This document shows positions 1 to 11,339 of a stretch of DNA of 32,000 nt, piece by piece. Location of the stretch: positions 3,540,001 through 3,572,000 of the forward strand of contig NC_002939.5 in assembly GCF_000007985.2 (NCBI RefSeq). Direction: 5' to 3'. How positions within the stretch are numbered: position 1 is the stretch's first letter; each line of letters starts with the position of its first letter. The notes beneath the pieces were generated by a model. That model had not been told where the DNA came from. It ran no database searches and saw only the letters and a list, made by a program, of their open reading frames with translations. The position numbers were made by a program, and so were the translations under genes. This DNA is from Geobacter sulfurreducens PCA. Its GTDB lineage: Bacteria > Desulfobacterota > Desulfuromonadia > Geobacterales > Geobacteraceae.

Positions 1-111
1 CCCCAGAATCGCCCGGCGGTTCTGGGGGATTTCCCCCGTACCCCCCAGAAACATAGGGTGAATATACCCCACTCCCCCCCGTTTTCCTGTCCATTGGCTC
101 TTCACCATTAG

Positions 112-139
112 TCCACAAGATTTACGAATATTTTATATA
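112..139 (+). promoter_or_regulatory. candidate sigma-70 promoter upstream of cytochrome paralog 1 (-35 TCCACA, 16-nt spacer, -10 TATATA)
   Basis: Hexamers read directly in the AT-rich patch 100..215. This implies a 5' leader of about 280 nt. No experimental support is available. Confidence 0.25.
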
Positions 140-420
140 TCAAGACGTTTCGCGGTTTTATCACTTTTTTGCTCATATTTATTCGCCGAGGCATGATAGG
201 TGCAATTTCATATGTGCTCTCTTCCCCAGACCGGCAGTTATCGGACTACTTCCCGGCCGTCCCCCCAGACGCCCGATGAAGCTCCGGTGCTGGCCGGAAC
301 CATTTGCACGGCGGATTCGGGACACTGACACCCGCCACCGGCATCGTAACGCGCCCTCTCGACACGGGACCACCGTGCGGCAGGGTGCGCGAACCCAACC
401 ATACGCGAGGAGAAAGGTAT

Positions 421-3400
421 ATGAAGAGAAACCGGAGACACCCGGCCGCCGGCCCGGTGCTGATCTCGGGAGCCGCACTGATAGTGGGGCTTGCCAGCGG
501 ATCGGCAACGGCTGCCTATAACGCGGCCCACAAGGACATCGTCCTGAAGAATGCGGCGGGATCTGCCATCAAGGCAACCGACACCGTCAACGCCTTCAGC
601 ATCAAGAACACCTGCTTCGGCACCGCCGGCTGCCATGGCGACACCAATGCCGGCGGCACCCTCAGATTCAGCTATGACGACATCGAGCGCCACTCCTACC
701 ATGCCCAGCTCGGTGCCAATGAAATTCGCGGCTGGAACCCCTGGAACCCCGACTCTGCCGACGCCTTCCGCAAAGGAGCCGGACCGGTGGGTAAAAACTG
801 GGTCCAGAGCCCCGGCCACGTGGGCTCATGGTGACCGCCTTCCGCTCGCCAGTTGGCGAGACTGTACAATGACGGCGCAGGAACCGCCTACGACTCGGCA
901 AATGCCAAGTTTATCGACAACCTCTTCGGCTGGACCAACTACCTCGCGGGCACGAAAAACCTGAACGGCGCCTTCGAGCCGTTCAACTTCGGCTCGGCTG
1001 CCGGATTCAAGAGCAAGGTTGACAACTCCCTTGCGGGCGAAATGCGCGACTGCGGTGAGTGCCACGTCGGCGGCGGTCTGATGGAGTACATGAGCAATAC
1101 CATTCCGACCAGCGACTACACCGGCGGCGTCAGCTACGACCCCGCCAAGCGCACCTCCTATCGCGATGTGGTCTTCGGCGGCCTCTTCACCGCCTTCAAC
1201 GCCCTCATCGACGTCTTCAACCCCGATCCTGCCCGGCGCGGCGACGTGGTCATCAACGACTACGCCCAGACCGGCGTCATGGAGATGGATTGCCTCATTT
1301 GCCACTTTGAAGGTTATGACTGGGAGAAGCGGAAGGAAGCCGTCCGCAAAGGTGAATTCGATGCCTCCCGCGCCCTCGGCTCCGGCCTGGCCACCTCGGC
1401 GGCTAGCGGCGTCCAGGTAACCTACGACACTAACCTGGTCAAGACAAATGCCAGCGGCGATCTGGTTGTGGACCTCTCCGCCAAGCTGAGCCCGGTCCCG
1501 CCGGCCGACAACTGCGCCTCTTGCCACCTGTCCCAGTACAACGTCGACTGGAAGAAGCGCGGCGACATGTGGATCGAAGGCACTGAAGCCCACTACGGCA
1601 TCGGCTGCATGGGCTGCCACCAGCGCAAAGACGCGGCGAGTCCCACGGTCGGCACGAGCGGCCTGGTGAGCAGCACCACGCTCGGTCTCTGCGACCCGGC
1701 CAAGGGTGGCGCGTCCCCCTTCGACGCCATGTGGAACAAGCTCGACAAGTCTCAGTTCAAAGAGTGCGTGGACTGCCACGCTCCCACGAGCACGCCGACC
1801 TACGACACCTACAATGCGCCCAACCCGGTTTCAGCTCACGCAATCAAAGGGCTGACCGACAAGATCGCCTTTGATAAGGACGGCAACTCGGTAAGCCACA
1901 TCGAACTGATCGACTGCTCCGCCTGCCATATCAGGAAGTCGGGCTTCACCGGCGGCGCCTTCGTCGACGGCACCGGCGCCGATGAAGAAGGCCGCCTGGC
2001 GCTGCACGACGAGCCCCAGGTATCCCGCGACATGACAAACGGCGTTGCCCTCCACTGGCTCGGCGGCAAGCTCTATTCCGCCAACCTCCTCACCTCCTTC
2101 TTCTGGCGCGACGTTAACGGTCTCGCTGCCGGCCTCGACGTCAACAATGACGGCCGGACCGCCGGGATGGATGCCCTGCTCCAAACCCACGTGAACGACA
2201 TCAACCTCGCAGCCGGTCTGCAGGCGCTCACCAAGGACGGCATCGTTACCCCCGCCGAGATCACTACCAGCATCAACGCCCTGAAGGGCAACAGCCTCGG
2301 CACGGGCGGCGGCGACACCGGCATCAAGGCCTACCTGGGCATCGACGATCCGACCAATGCCAAGGTCTTCCTGCCCAAGCTCTCCTTCCTGATGGTCCCC
2401 TTCAAGTCAAGCCACAACATCGCCAGGGGCTCCGAGGCATGGGGTGCGAAGGGCTGCAAGGAATGCCACGCCGACGGCGCCGGGTTCTATAACGGCACCT
2501 ATCCGGTCAACGGCAACATGGAAGGCAAGTTCAACTACAGCTCGGCCCAGGCGGCGACCTTCACCAAGGTCAATGGCCTGTCAGACCCCAGCGACAGCCA
2601 TCCCAACGTCGTGACCAAGAAGGGCGACCGCAGCATGCCGGTCCAGATCATCACCGCGGACAACCCCTACTCCACGACTGCGGTCAACGCCAACGCCACG
2701 ATCAGGAACATCGACCGGAGCGAAATGCTCTACGAAGCCACCTTCAAGGCCGTCAACACGGCATGGTATGACGAGACCGCTCCCATCATGGGCGCAACCC
2801 GTCCGGCCGCCTGTTCCGGCGCGACCAGCCCCTTCTACTGCGCGGCTCCCGGCGGCGCGGCAGCCAAGGCCGGCGCCACCTCCACCCTCGGCTGGCTGCT
2901 GAAGATCGACACCACTGCCGACAACGGCGCCACCGTTGTTTCCCGCACCAAGCAGATCTCCAGCGACATGGTCGCCAGTGTCGACGACATCATCACCAAC
3001 CTGGGCGCCACCTTCACCGGCGGCTTCGAGTTCACCATGGTCGCCATCGACACCAACAGCGACTCGGTGAACGACGCCCTGAAGATCACCGCAAAGCCCG
3101 GCTACAAAATCCGCATCAACGCCCAGTGTGACGCCGGTCCGTTCGGCTTCGCCGGGTCCCTCTACCAGGCCGACCCGATCGTCCGCGCCGCCGGCACCTT
3201 TGCCGGTCGCACCGCCTACGTGGGTTACCTGAATGCCATTGGTTCGGCTCCTGCGGCCGTCATCGCCACCGTTGGCACCACCGACGCCACCGGCAACCCG
3301 GCCGAGATCACCGTAACCCAGGGCAATGTAGCCCTTACCGCAGCCGCAGCCGGTGCCCTCCCCGCGGACAAGTACTCCTATTCCTGGACCTGCTCCGATG

Positions 3401-3828
3401 CGGCCGGTACCAGCGAAGGCCAGTCAGTGACCCGTGCCTTCAACAGCCTCGGCACCTACGACCTGACCCTGCGGGTGAAGAACCTCTACACCAACGAAGA
3501 GAAAGTCGACCAGATCAAGGTCAAGGTCACTGCTCCGGCTCCGGCCGCGGGCGTCGCCGTGGCCGCCGCCGGCATCTCCTACAACAGCCCCTCCGCCGGC
3601 TACGCCATCATCCCGCTCACCATCACCGGCGTGACCTTCAACAAGGTCAAGGTCGTCTGGGGTGACGGCAACACCACCATCTACACCACCTCCGACGCAA
3701 ACTTCGTCCTGCCCTCCCACAAGTTCTGGGGCTACCCGGCGAAGAAATCCTTCACCGCCAAGGTCTATGTCTACAACGGCACCACCCTGGCGGCGCAGAA
3801 CGATAACATTACTGTGCTGTTTCCCTAA
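421..3828 (+). CDS. multiheme c-type cytochrome, predicted selenocysteine-containing (in-frame TGA at 832..834), with a C-terminal PKD-like/beta domain; 1135 aa if read through
   Basis: ATG 421 is preceded by GGAG, and the N-terminus is a signal peptide (MKRNRRHPAAGPVLISGAALIVGLASGSATA). ORFs 304..834 and 853..3828 share frame 1 and are separated only by TGA. There are 7 CXXCH motifs (CGECH, CLICH, CASCH, CMGCH, CVDCH, CSACH, CKECH) plus an N-terminal C-FGTAG-CH. The downstream part has no signal peptide of its own. A PKD-like YSWTCSD...GTYDLTLRV motif lies near the C-terminus. Confidence 0.75.
845..860 (+). promoter_or_regulatory. putative bacterial SECIS hairpin (CTCGCC-AGTT-GGCGAG), 10 nt 3' of TGA 832..834
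   Basis: Perfect 6-bp stem and 4-nt G/U-containing loop. The same element sits at the same offset in paralog 2, with one compensatory base-pair change. Confidence 0.65.
3469..3828 (+). repeat. 360-bp direct repeat copy A (3' end of cytochrome 1), about 98% identical to 9955..10314
   Basis: Manual alignment finds about 7 mismatches in 360 nt. The rest of the two genes is far more divergent. Confidence 0.9.
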
Positions 3829-3853
3829 TCCGTCTCACCTGTAATGCTATTCG

Positions 3854-3882
3854 CCCGGGGAGGTTCCTCCCCGGGTTTTTTT
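3854..3882 (+). terminator. rho-independent terminator of cytochrome 1
   Basis: CCCGGGGAGG / CCTCCCCGGG inverted repeat followed by TTTTTTT. Confidence 0.85.
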
Positions 3883-3912
3883 CATGGTCCCGCTCATCTC
3901 TTCAACACACAC

Positions 3913-3942
3913 AAAAAAAAGCGCTGCCCAGAGGACAGCGCC
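3913..3942 (-). terminator. rho-independent terminator of the response-regulator/kinase operon
   Basis: The minus strand reads GCGCTG-(9 nt)-CAGCGC followed by TTTTTTTT. It lies 40 nt after the stop at 3982. Confidence 0.75.
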
Positions 3943-3981
3943 ATAACAAGAAAGAAGCCGGAAGCGGGTTCCGGGTGCGGC

Positions 3982-4671
3982 CTACTGCTCGTTGCCCCTC
4001 CAGCTCTCCAGGTCGATGAGCCCGAGCCGGGCGGCGTAGCGGACAAGCTCCAGCTTACTGTGCACCTGGAGCTTCCGCATGAGGTTGGTCCGGTGGTTCT
4101 CCACCGTCTTGAGGGTCAGTTCAAGGCTCTCGGCGATCTGTCTCGACGTAGCGCCCTCCACGATCATCCGCATCACCTGTTGCTCACGGGGCGTCAGCAG
4201 GGTGTACCGCTCATCGGCCGAGCCGCCTCCATCAGCCTGCGACCCGCTGAATATCCTCTGCACCACCTCCTGGGAAACCTGCCCGTCCAGAAAGAACTCG
4301 CCGCGGCTCAGGGCGTCCATGGCCTGAATCAGCCGGGCACTGGTGGCTTCCTTGACCACGTAGCCGCTGGCTCCGGCCTTAAAGGCGTCGGCGATGAACT
4401 CATAGCGCGGATGCATGCTCACCATGAGAATTTTCACGTGGGGAGCCACACGGTGGATCTCCCGCGCCGCGTCGATGCCGCTCATGTCCGGCAGCGAGAT
4501 ATCCATGGTGATCAGGTCGGGCCGGCACTTTTCCACCTGGCGCAGGGCCTCGCTGCCGCTGCCCGCCTCTCCCACGGCCTGGTAATCGGCGCTGCGTGAG
4601 ACGAGCCCCTTGAGACCATCCCGGAACAAGGGATGGTCATCCACGATCATGACCCGCTTCTTAGCATACAT
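3982..4671 (-). CDS. NarL/FixJ (LuxR-HTH) family response regulator
   Basis: The receiver domain has VMIVDDHPLFRDGL ... DLITMDISLPDMSG ... and the C-terminus has a LuxR-type HTH (LTPREQQVMRMIVEGATSRQIAESLELTLKTVENHRTNLMRKL). A GGAGG RBS lies 10 nt upstream. It overlaps the kinase stop by 11 nt. Confidence 0.92.
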   Translation of the reverse strand: MYAKKRVMIVDDHPLFRDGLKGLVSRSADYQAVGEAGSGSEALRQVEKCRPDLITMDISLPDMSGIDAAREIHRVAPHVKILMVSMHPRYEFIADAFKAGASGYVVKEATSARLIQAMDALSRGEFFLDGQVSQEVVQRIFSGSQADGGGSADERYTLLTPREQQVMRMIVEGATSRQIAESLELTLKTVENHRTNLMRKLQVHSKLELVRYAARLGLIDLESWRGNEQ

Positions 4672-6142
4672 AGAGTGATTTCCTCCCGCGCACCGGGTAG
4701 GGGAGGCTCGGCCGCCCCTTCGCGGCAGTGGTTCGGCCCGGCGGGGCCTTGCGGAACGGGACCTCCACGGTCACCGCCGTTCCGAGACCGGGGAGGGACG
4801 CGATCTGGAACGTGCCACCCAGCAATTCCACCCGCTCCGCCATGCTGATGAGTCCCAGGTGGTGCCCCGAGAGCTCCGCGTAGTCTTCCATGGAGAAGCC
4901 GCCGCCGTTATCCTCGATCTGGAGCCTTACCGTGGGATGCGATGCCACCAGCCGTACCATTACCCGGGTGGCGTCAGCGTGTTTCACCACGTTGTGCAGG
5001 GCCTCCTGAAAGATCCGGTACAGGTTGATTTCAGTATCCGACTCAAGCCGCACGCCGAGCATGGTCCCGCACTTGAGCTCGATGTCGAGCGAATGGGTAG
5101 TTGCCGCTTGGGTGCACTGCTGCCGGATCGTCTCGGCCAGCCCCAGCCGCTCAAGGGTCGAGGGATGAAGACCGGCGCAGAGGCGGCGAATGGTGTGGAT
5201 GGAATTATTCAGTGATTCGCTCAGATACCAGAGGCGATCCTGCACATCGTGCGACGGCTGGCGCAGATCTTCGGCCAGCGTATCGAATCCGATCTTCAGC
5301 GCATTGAGGAGCTGCCCCAGATCGTCGTGAAGTTCCCGGGAAAGGCGCTTGCGCTCGCTCTCCTGGGCGTGCAGGAGTCGCTGGGAAAGCATCCGGCTGC
5401 GCTGTTCCGCCTCCTTGCGGGCTGTAATGTCCCGCCGTACGCCCAGCTTGGCGGGGGCACTCATGCCGGGAATCCGGACCGCAAGTTCAATGGTCGAATA
5501 CCAGGCGTTGCGCTTTTCATCAAAGAATTCACGGCACACGGGCTTGTCGGAGGAGAGCACTTCTTCCAGGGTGCAGTCGGGGCATGGCTCACTGCAGCCG
5601 CGGCAGATGCGGTAGCAGGGATCAGAGCTCACATCGCCGTAGGCACCGGCGCGCATGGCCCGGTTGGCGTAAATAACGTTGTAGTCGCGCCCCACTACGT
5701 ACACGCTGTCATGCATGGCGTCAAGGACCAGCCGGAATGTCTCCTGACTGATGTGCATGGCTTCGCCGATCAGTTTGCAGTCAGTGCGGTCATGACAGAC
5801 GCCGAGGATGGCCGGTCGCCCGTTCAGGCGGATGCGGCGCGCCTCCATTTCCAGCCAGACCGGCGTACCGTCCATGTGGGCAAAGGGCTGGCCCCAGGCA
5901 ACCGATGACGGCTCACCCGCCAGCAGCTCCGCGTGGATTCTGCCGACGATCTCCTTGCCCTCGCCGTGGGGCAGGATGTCATCAAGCTCCCTCATGAGAA
6001 GGGACCCTGCATCACCATGCCCGAACAGCTGCGCAAAACGCTCATTCAGATAGACCACCCGGTCGTCCTGGAGGACATAGATACCGTCGGAGAGATTATC
6101 GACAATGGCGGCAAAAAGGGAGTCGTCCTGAAGCGCGAGCAT
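4661..6142 (-). CDS. cytoplasmic tandem-PAS sensor histidine kinase, HisKA_3 (NarX/NreB-like) type, with a five-Cys cluster in PAS 2
   Basis: H-box ELHDDLGQ, and HATPase motifs (IEDNGGGF, GLGT). There are no transmembrane segments. Cys cluster: CYRICRGCSEPCPDC. The start is set at ATG 6142 (GGAGG 9 nt upstream). An alternative ATG at 6217 and TTG at 6223 are possible. Confidence 0.88.
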   Translation of the reverse strand: MLALQDDSLFAAIVDNLSDGIYVLQDDRVVYLNERFAQLFGHGDAGSLLMRELDDILPHGEGKEIVGRIHAELLAGEPSSVAWGQPFAHMDGTPVWLEMEARRIRLNGRPAILGVCHDRTDCKLIGEAMHISQETFRLVLDAMHDSVYVVGRDYNVIYANRAMRAGAYGDVSSDPCYRICRGCSEPCPDCTLEEVLSSDKPVCREFFDEKRNAWYSTIELAVRIPGMSAPAKLGVRRDITARKEAEQRSRMLSQRLLHAQESERKRLSRELHDDLGQLLNALKIGFDTLAEDLRQPSHDVQDRLWYLSESLNNSIHTIRRLCAGLHPSTLERLGLAETIRQQCTQAATTHSLDIELKCGTMLGVRLESDTEINLYRIFQEALHNVVKHADATRVMVRLVASHPTVRLQIEDNGGGFSMEDYAELSGHHLGLISMAERVELLGGTFQIASLPGLGTAVTVEVPFRKAPPGRTTAAKGRPSLPYPVRGRKSLYVC

Positions 6143-6726
6143 GAGCGGATACCTCCGCAGGTTTGGAGTATCCCCCGGGCGGGGGGTGACGGCGAATAAC
6201 ACCGAATCAACCGACATATACAAATATATAGCAATTTACCTGCCGTTACTGCCCCCCTAGACAAATGACGACACATCAATATGTTACACACAATGCCCCT
6301 GAAACCGGGTGGGTTATTTCACCCACTGCGGGGGATATTCCCCTCCTGCGAACCATCCGCTACCCCATGCCCCTCCGCGCGCCTGGGCTCCCTCCCCACA
6401 CCGACTGGGGGGTTCGCCTTAGACGATATGAGGTGGACCATTACATTAATTTAACCGATAGCCCTTTCCGTGACGGACGTGACCTCTCCATTCGTTCATC
6501 GCAATATCAATATGTTGCATTTTTTACTGTGAACAACAACCGTGAAACCGCACCAGGCACCGCGGTTTCACGGCGCGATTCCTCTCGATTTTCCCACCCC
6601 GGGCGCACGAGTCGGTATCAGGGTTGCTTAATGCACGACAAGCTCTCTTTTCAAGCGTCGACAGCCCCCACTGCCGACGGCCGGTCGCCTCGGGCGGCCA
6701 TACCATGAAAAGGAAAGGAAAGGAAC

Positions 6727-9700
6727 ATGAGGAACAAGAAACCAACAGGACCGCTCCTTGTGGCAAGCATGACCGCCGCAGGTCTGGCGGTCGGGGCGGG
6801 AATCGCCCTTGGTGCCCACCCGGTGCCGATCCAGTTGAAAACGTTTGAAGAAGTCGCAGCACAGTACGGTGCCCCGGTCATGCCGGTCATGGTTGACCCG
6901 GTCACCAAGAAGGGCTTCCCCTACAGCCCGAAGCAGACCTGCGGCGGGTGTCACGACTACAACAGCATTTCCGACCACGCCTTCCACTCGGCCCAAGGCC
7001 GCAGTGAATGGGTCGACACGGCCAACGGAGCCTTCGACGCCACCAAGGCCAAGCCCTGGACCCAGGGCACGGCCATGTATGGCAAATGGTGAAGCCCCTC
7101 GCTTCGCCAGGTGGCGAACTTAATGGATCAAGACTCGGCAACCCCGGGTGTGCAGGACAAGAAGTACACTGAAGCCGAATTCAAGGCACAGGTCGACCTC
7201 TCCATGTGGGACTCGGCCGTTTACTGCGGCAGCTGCCACGTCGGCGGCGGTTTTGTGGAAAAGGACCGGAATGGTGTCCGCTACTCCCAGCGCCAGCCCG
7301 ATGCGGGCGGCCTCTTCGACGCCTACCTCTTTTACGTGAACGACACCTATGATCCCCTGACCGGCATGCCGACCGAGAAGGTCGCCATGGCCCCCTGGAT
7401 CTATCCCCAGTATGCGGATAACAATCCCGCCAACGGGCCGGTCCTCGCCCCCAACGGTTGGGGCCGCGCCGCCATGAGCCAGCCGGGCATGCCCATCAGC
7501 GACGGGCAGCTCATGATGCCGAACGTCAAGGAAATGGACTGCCTCTACTGTCACTTCGAGGGGTATGACAACCTGATGCACTCGGTCATGAACTACTCCG
7601 GTGCACTCAACGTGACGGCCACCGTGGGCGCGGGACTCATGGACACCAATAAGATGAGCCCCACCTACCAGGGCTACAACGTCTCCCTGGTGGACGTGGA
7701 CCAGAACGGCATCGTCTCGCTCAACTCCACGGCCCTCAGCCGCATTAAAGCCAATCCGCCGGCCGACAACTGCCGGAAGTGCCACATGCCCACCTCGCTC
7801 ACCGACCTGCCGAGCATGATGAAGGACTTCCTGTCGTCGGCGCCCATGATCTACACGGGCAACTTCTCGGCCTCCATGACCGGCCTCGAGATGCCCGCCT
7901 TCGACTTCAACGCACCCTTCGGCTTCACATGGAACTTCAGCCAGGGTCCCTACGGCATCTCGCCGGTGGTCAACGTCACCAACATCTCCAGCTACATGAT
8001 CGCCGCCATCGGCTACCCGGCGGCCATGGGCCAGACCATCTACAACAGCATGCCCGGCTTCGGTGGCACGGTTATCAACCCGATGATCGGCGAAATCGGC
8101 GGCGGCAACAAAGCCGGCACCGGCCCGCTCTACTACGAGAAGCTCGTGTTCGACGAAAGCGGCAACCCGGTTATGATGGGCATGGCTCCTGCCATGGATC
8201 AGAACTCCCTCAAGAAGGGCATCGTTCCCTTCCCGCGGGCCGAATGGTTCAAGCGGGGTGACCTGTGGGACAACCGCGACCAGGAAGTTCACATCGGCAT
8301 GGAGTGCGCCGGCTGCCACATGGATACCGACACCCTGAAGGTTGACGGCCCCGGCAAAGACGGCAAGAGCCTCTGCGATCCGGGCCGCGGCTACGACAGC
8401 GCCAGCGGCGTTGAGACCAGCACAGCCCTCGGCATCGACAGCCGCAACACCATCAAGAAGTGCGCTGACTGCCACGTGACCGGCAAGAACAGCGACGGCG
8501 TCGCCATCGATACCTTCAACGCTCCCAACCCGACCTCGGCCCACGCCATGTTCAACCTCACCGCTCCCATGGTCAACGCGGTCCGGATGAAGGCCGACGG
8601 CACTGGCGAAGAAACCTTCCTCGGCAGCCACATGGACATCATTGACTGCGCCGTCTGCCACACCTACAAAAAACAGATGGTTGTCCGCGCCCTCGACTCC
8701 ACCTCCGGCAACCGCTACCCGAACATGCTCGGCTTCGACACCTCCAAAGGGATGCTCGGCATGTTCAACGAGCCGATGCCCGGCATGACCAATGAAGGCG
8801 TCGAGTGGAAACCGCTCTACACCTGGGCCAAGATCGGCGACGGCGACAAGATCCTGCCCGACGGCAGCGCCAACCCCAACTGGCGCCGCAAGGTCTACCC
8901 GATCAACATCATCACTGCAGTCCTCTGGAACAACATCGATCCTTCCGTTGATGCCAACGGCGACGGCGTCACCGGCCGTCCCGCAGCCCCGAACCTGACC
9001 TACTACGACCCGTGGATCAGCCGCGACATGAAGGCCGGCGTCAATTACGGCCCCAGCGGTTTCGCTCCCGTGCCGGTAGGCTTCGGCAACGGCGCCTTCC
9101 AGAGCGCCTACAACCCCGACGGCACCTTCACCGGCGCCTGGAACTACGTGGGTGTGTACGGCGGCAACGCGGTCTTCTCGACGCCCGAGGAGATTGAAAA
9201 CTACAAGGCCTTCCGCAACACCATCGCCCCCGCCGTTGACGGCAAATCGTGGAGCGGGACCCAGCTGCTGCTTCTGGGCGGCCCCTACATGATCACCCAC
9301 AACGTCCGGAGCACCGCAAACTTCGTCCTTGGTAAGAGCTGCGGCGACTGCCACGCCGCTGGTAAAGGGTTCTTCGACGGCGGCTTCAACATGACCGGTA
9401 CCGCCATCAAGGCCAATGCCGGCGCCAGCTTCATGCAGTCCCCCGCAGAAATCCTCCAGATCGTTGCCAAGGCAGAGGATCTGGAAACCGGCGCCGAACT
9501 GGCCACCAAGTCGGGCGCTGCCCGCGAGGTCAAGTTCGAGGAGCACGGCGACTGGAACCCGGCCACCAAGACCTTCACTCCCAACCCGGCCGGTGAGTAC
9601 AAGAAGGCCATCGATCTGAGCCGTAGCGAGGCCCTCTATCCCGATGAAGGAACCTTCACCGCCGCCGACGGCACTGTCTATCCGAACCGCGCCGCTTACG

Positions 9701-10314
9701 TCGCCTACCTGACCGGCATCGGGGCAGCTCCCACGGCAGACATCGCCACCGTCGGATCCAACAACACCGCCGGCCTCCCGACCACGGCCGAAGTAACCGT
9801 CACCCAAGGCACGGTAACCCTGGCAGCTACTGCAGCCGGCCCGCTCGCAGCGGACAAGTACTCCTACGCCTGGACCTGCAGTGATTCCAATGTTACACTT
9901 TCCGGGCAGTCCGTAACGCGCGCCTTCAGCGCCACCGGCACCTACACCCTGACGCTGCGGGTGAAGAACCTCAGCACCAACGAAGAGAAAGTCGACCAGA
10001 TCAAGGTCAAGGTCACCGCTCCGGCTCCGGCCGCGGGCGTCGCCGTGGCCGCCGCCGGCATCTCCTACAACAGCCCCTCCGCCGGCTACGCCATCATCCC
10101 GCTCACCATCACCGGCGTGACCTTCAACAAGGTCAAGGTCGTCTGGGGTGACGGCAACACCAACATCTACACAACCTCCGACGCAAACTTCGTCCTGCCC
10201 TCCCACAAGTTCTGGGGCTACCCGGCGAAGAAATCCTTCACCGCCAAGGTCTATGTCTACAACGGCACCACCCTGGCGGCGCAGAACGATAACATTTCCG
10301 TGCTGTTTCCCTAA
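6727..10314 (+). CDS. multiheme c-type cytochrome paralog 2, predicted selenocysteine-containing (in-frame TGA at 7090..7092), with a C-terminal PKD-like/beta domain; 1195 aa if read through
   Basis: ATG 6727 follows GGAAAGGAAAGGAA, and the N-terminus is hydrophobic. ORFs 6727..7092 and 7111..10314 share frame 1 and are separated only by TGA. There are 8 CXXCH motifs (CGGCH, CGSCH, CLYCH, CRKCH, CAGCH, CADCH, CAVCH, CGDCH). Blocks conserved with paralog 1 include MDCLxCHFEGYD, PPADNCxxCH, LCDP and FNAPNPxSAHA. Confidence 0.75.
7103..7118 (+). promoter_or_regulatory. putative bacterial SECIS hairpin (TTCGCC-AGGT-GGCGAA), 10 nt 3' of TGA 7090..7092
   Basis: Perfect 6-bp stem and 4-nt loop. Relative to paralog 1, the outermost pair changed C-G to T-A, which is covariation. 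Confidence 0.65.
9955..10314 (+). repeat. 360-bp direct repeat copy B (3' end of cytochrome 2)
   Basis: See 3469..3828. Weaker homology continues into the terminator region (CTG(T/C)AATGC(T/A)AT(T/A)CGCCCGGGGA). Confidence 0.9.
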
Positions 10315-10347
10315 CCTGATGTGAACAGTGTGCCTGCAATGCAATAC

Positions 10348-10378
10348 GCCCGGGGATCCCCTTCCCGGGCTTTTTTTT
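10348..10378 (+). terminator. rho-independent terminator of cytochrome 2
   Basis: GCCCGGGGA-TCCCC-TTCCCGGGC hairpin followed by TTTTTTTT. Confidence 0.85.
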
Positions 10379-10530
10379 GCGCGCATTCTCGACGACGCCC
10401 CGACCACCGTTGCGCATAAGGCCGGGTACGGCAGGATGTTCGACCCCGGCAACCGGGCGTGCGTAAGAAGTTGTCCGAAGCCGCGGGGCCTCTGGAAGGA
10501 ATGGAGATGAATTCAAAGGGGAGCAGACGC

Positions 10531-10563
10531 AAAAAGGCCCGGAGCACCAGCTCCGGGCCTTTT
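10531..10563 (-). terminator. rho-independent (bidirectional-looking) terminator after rpmA
   Basis: GGCCCGGAGC-ACCA-GCTCCGGGCC, a perfect 10-bp stem. It is flanked by AAAAA on one side and TTTT on the other. Confidence 0.85.
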
Positions 10564-10589
10564 CATGATGGTTCCTGTTTCAGCCTGAA

Positions 10590-10847
10590 TCAGTTGGCGG
10601 GATAAACGGAAACTTTCTTCCGGTCGCGGCCCAGCCGCTCGAACTTCACCACGCCGTCGATCAGCGCGAAAAGGGTGTAGTCCTTGCCGCAGCCGACATT
10701 GGTGCCGGGATGGATCTGGGTGCCGCGCTGGCGGTAGATGATGTTACCCGCCTTGACGGTTTCGCCGCCGAACTTCTTGCAGCCGAGTCGTTTTGATTCC
10801 GAATCGCGTCCGTTCCGTGTGGAGCCGACGCCTTTCTTGTGTGCCAT
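10590..10847 (-). CDS. rpmA: 50S ribosomal protein L27
   Basis: [22 protein letters not shown]... is the canonical L27 N-terminus; the protein is 85 aa. A GGGAGG RBS is present. The track ORF is trimmed to the internal ATG. Confidence 0.97.
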   Translation of the reverse strand: MAHKKGVGSTRNGRDSESKRLGCKKFGGETVKAGNIIYRQRGTQIHPGTNVGCGKDYTLFALIDGVVKFERLGRDRKKVSVYPAN

Positions 10848-10927
10848 GGTGCTCTGACCTCCCGCGTGGATCGGATGACGGACACAGCCCGGCAGATGGC
10901 CGGGCCGTTTCGTCACGCGTCACGCTG

Positions 10928-11236
10928 CTACGCGTTGATCTTCTCGATTTTGAGAACGGTTCGGGGCTGACGATGCCCGTACATTTTACGGAAATTTTTG
11001 CGCCGCTTCGACTTGAAGACCAGGATCTTCTTGTCCTTGCCCTGGTCGACGATCCTGCCGACGACAGAGGCGCTGGGCACTAACGGTGTTCCGATAGCTA
11101 CCGTTTCGCCGCCAACCATGAGGACGTCTTTGAGTTCGACGGTGTCACCCACCGCACCCTCAAGCTTTTCGACTTTCAGAAAGTCGCCTTCGGAAACTTT
11201 ATATTGCTTCCCTCCGGTTCTGATTACCGCGTACAT
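10928..11236 (-). CDS. rplU: 50S ribosomal protein L21
   Basis: MYAVIRTGGKQYKVSEGD... is canonical L21; the protein is 102 aa. Confidence 0.97.
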   Translation of the reverse strand: MYAVIRTGGKQYKVSEGDFLKVEKLEGAVGDTVELKDVLMVGGETVAIGTPLVPSASVVGRIVDQGKDKKILVFKSKRRKNFRKMYGHRQPRTVLKIEKINA

Positions 11237-11277
11237 GTACCTTCACCACCTTTACGCAATTTTTGAAAGAGCATAGA

Positions 11278-11306
11278 AAAATATCCAAATTCCATCAATG
11301 AGTCAA
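11278..11306 (-). promoter_or_regulatory. candidate sigma-70 promoter for rplU-rpmA (-35 TTGACT, 17-nt spacer, -10 TATTTT)
   Basis: Hexamers read on the minus strand, about 40 nt upstream of the rplU ATG. Confidence 0.45.
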
Positions 11307-11339
11307 GGACTTTTTTCCTCTCCCGTTTTGATGCCACTG

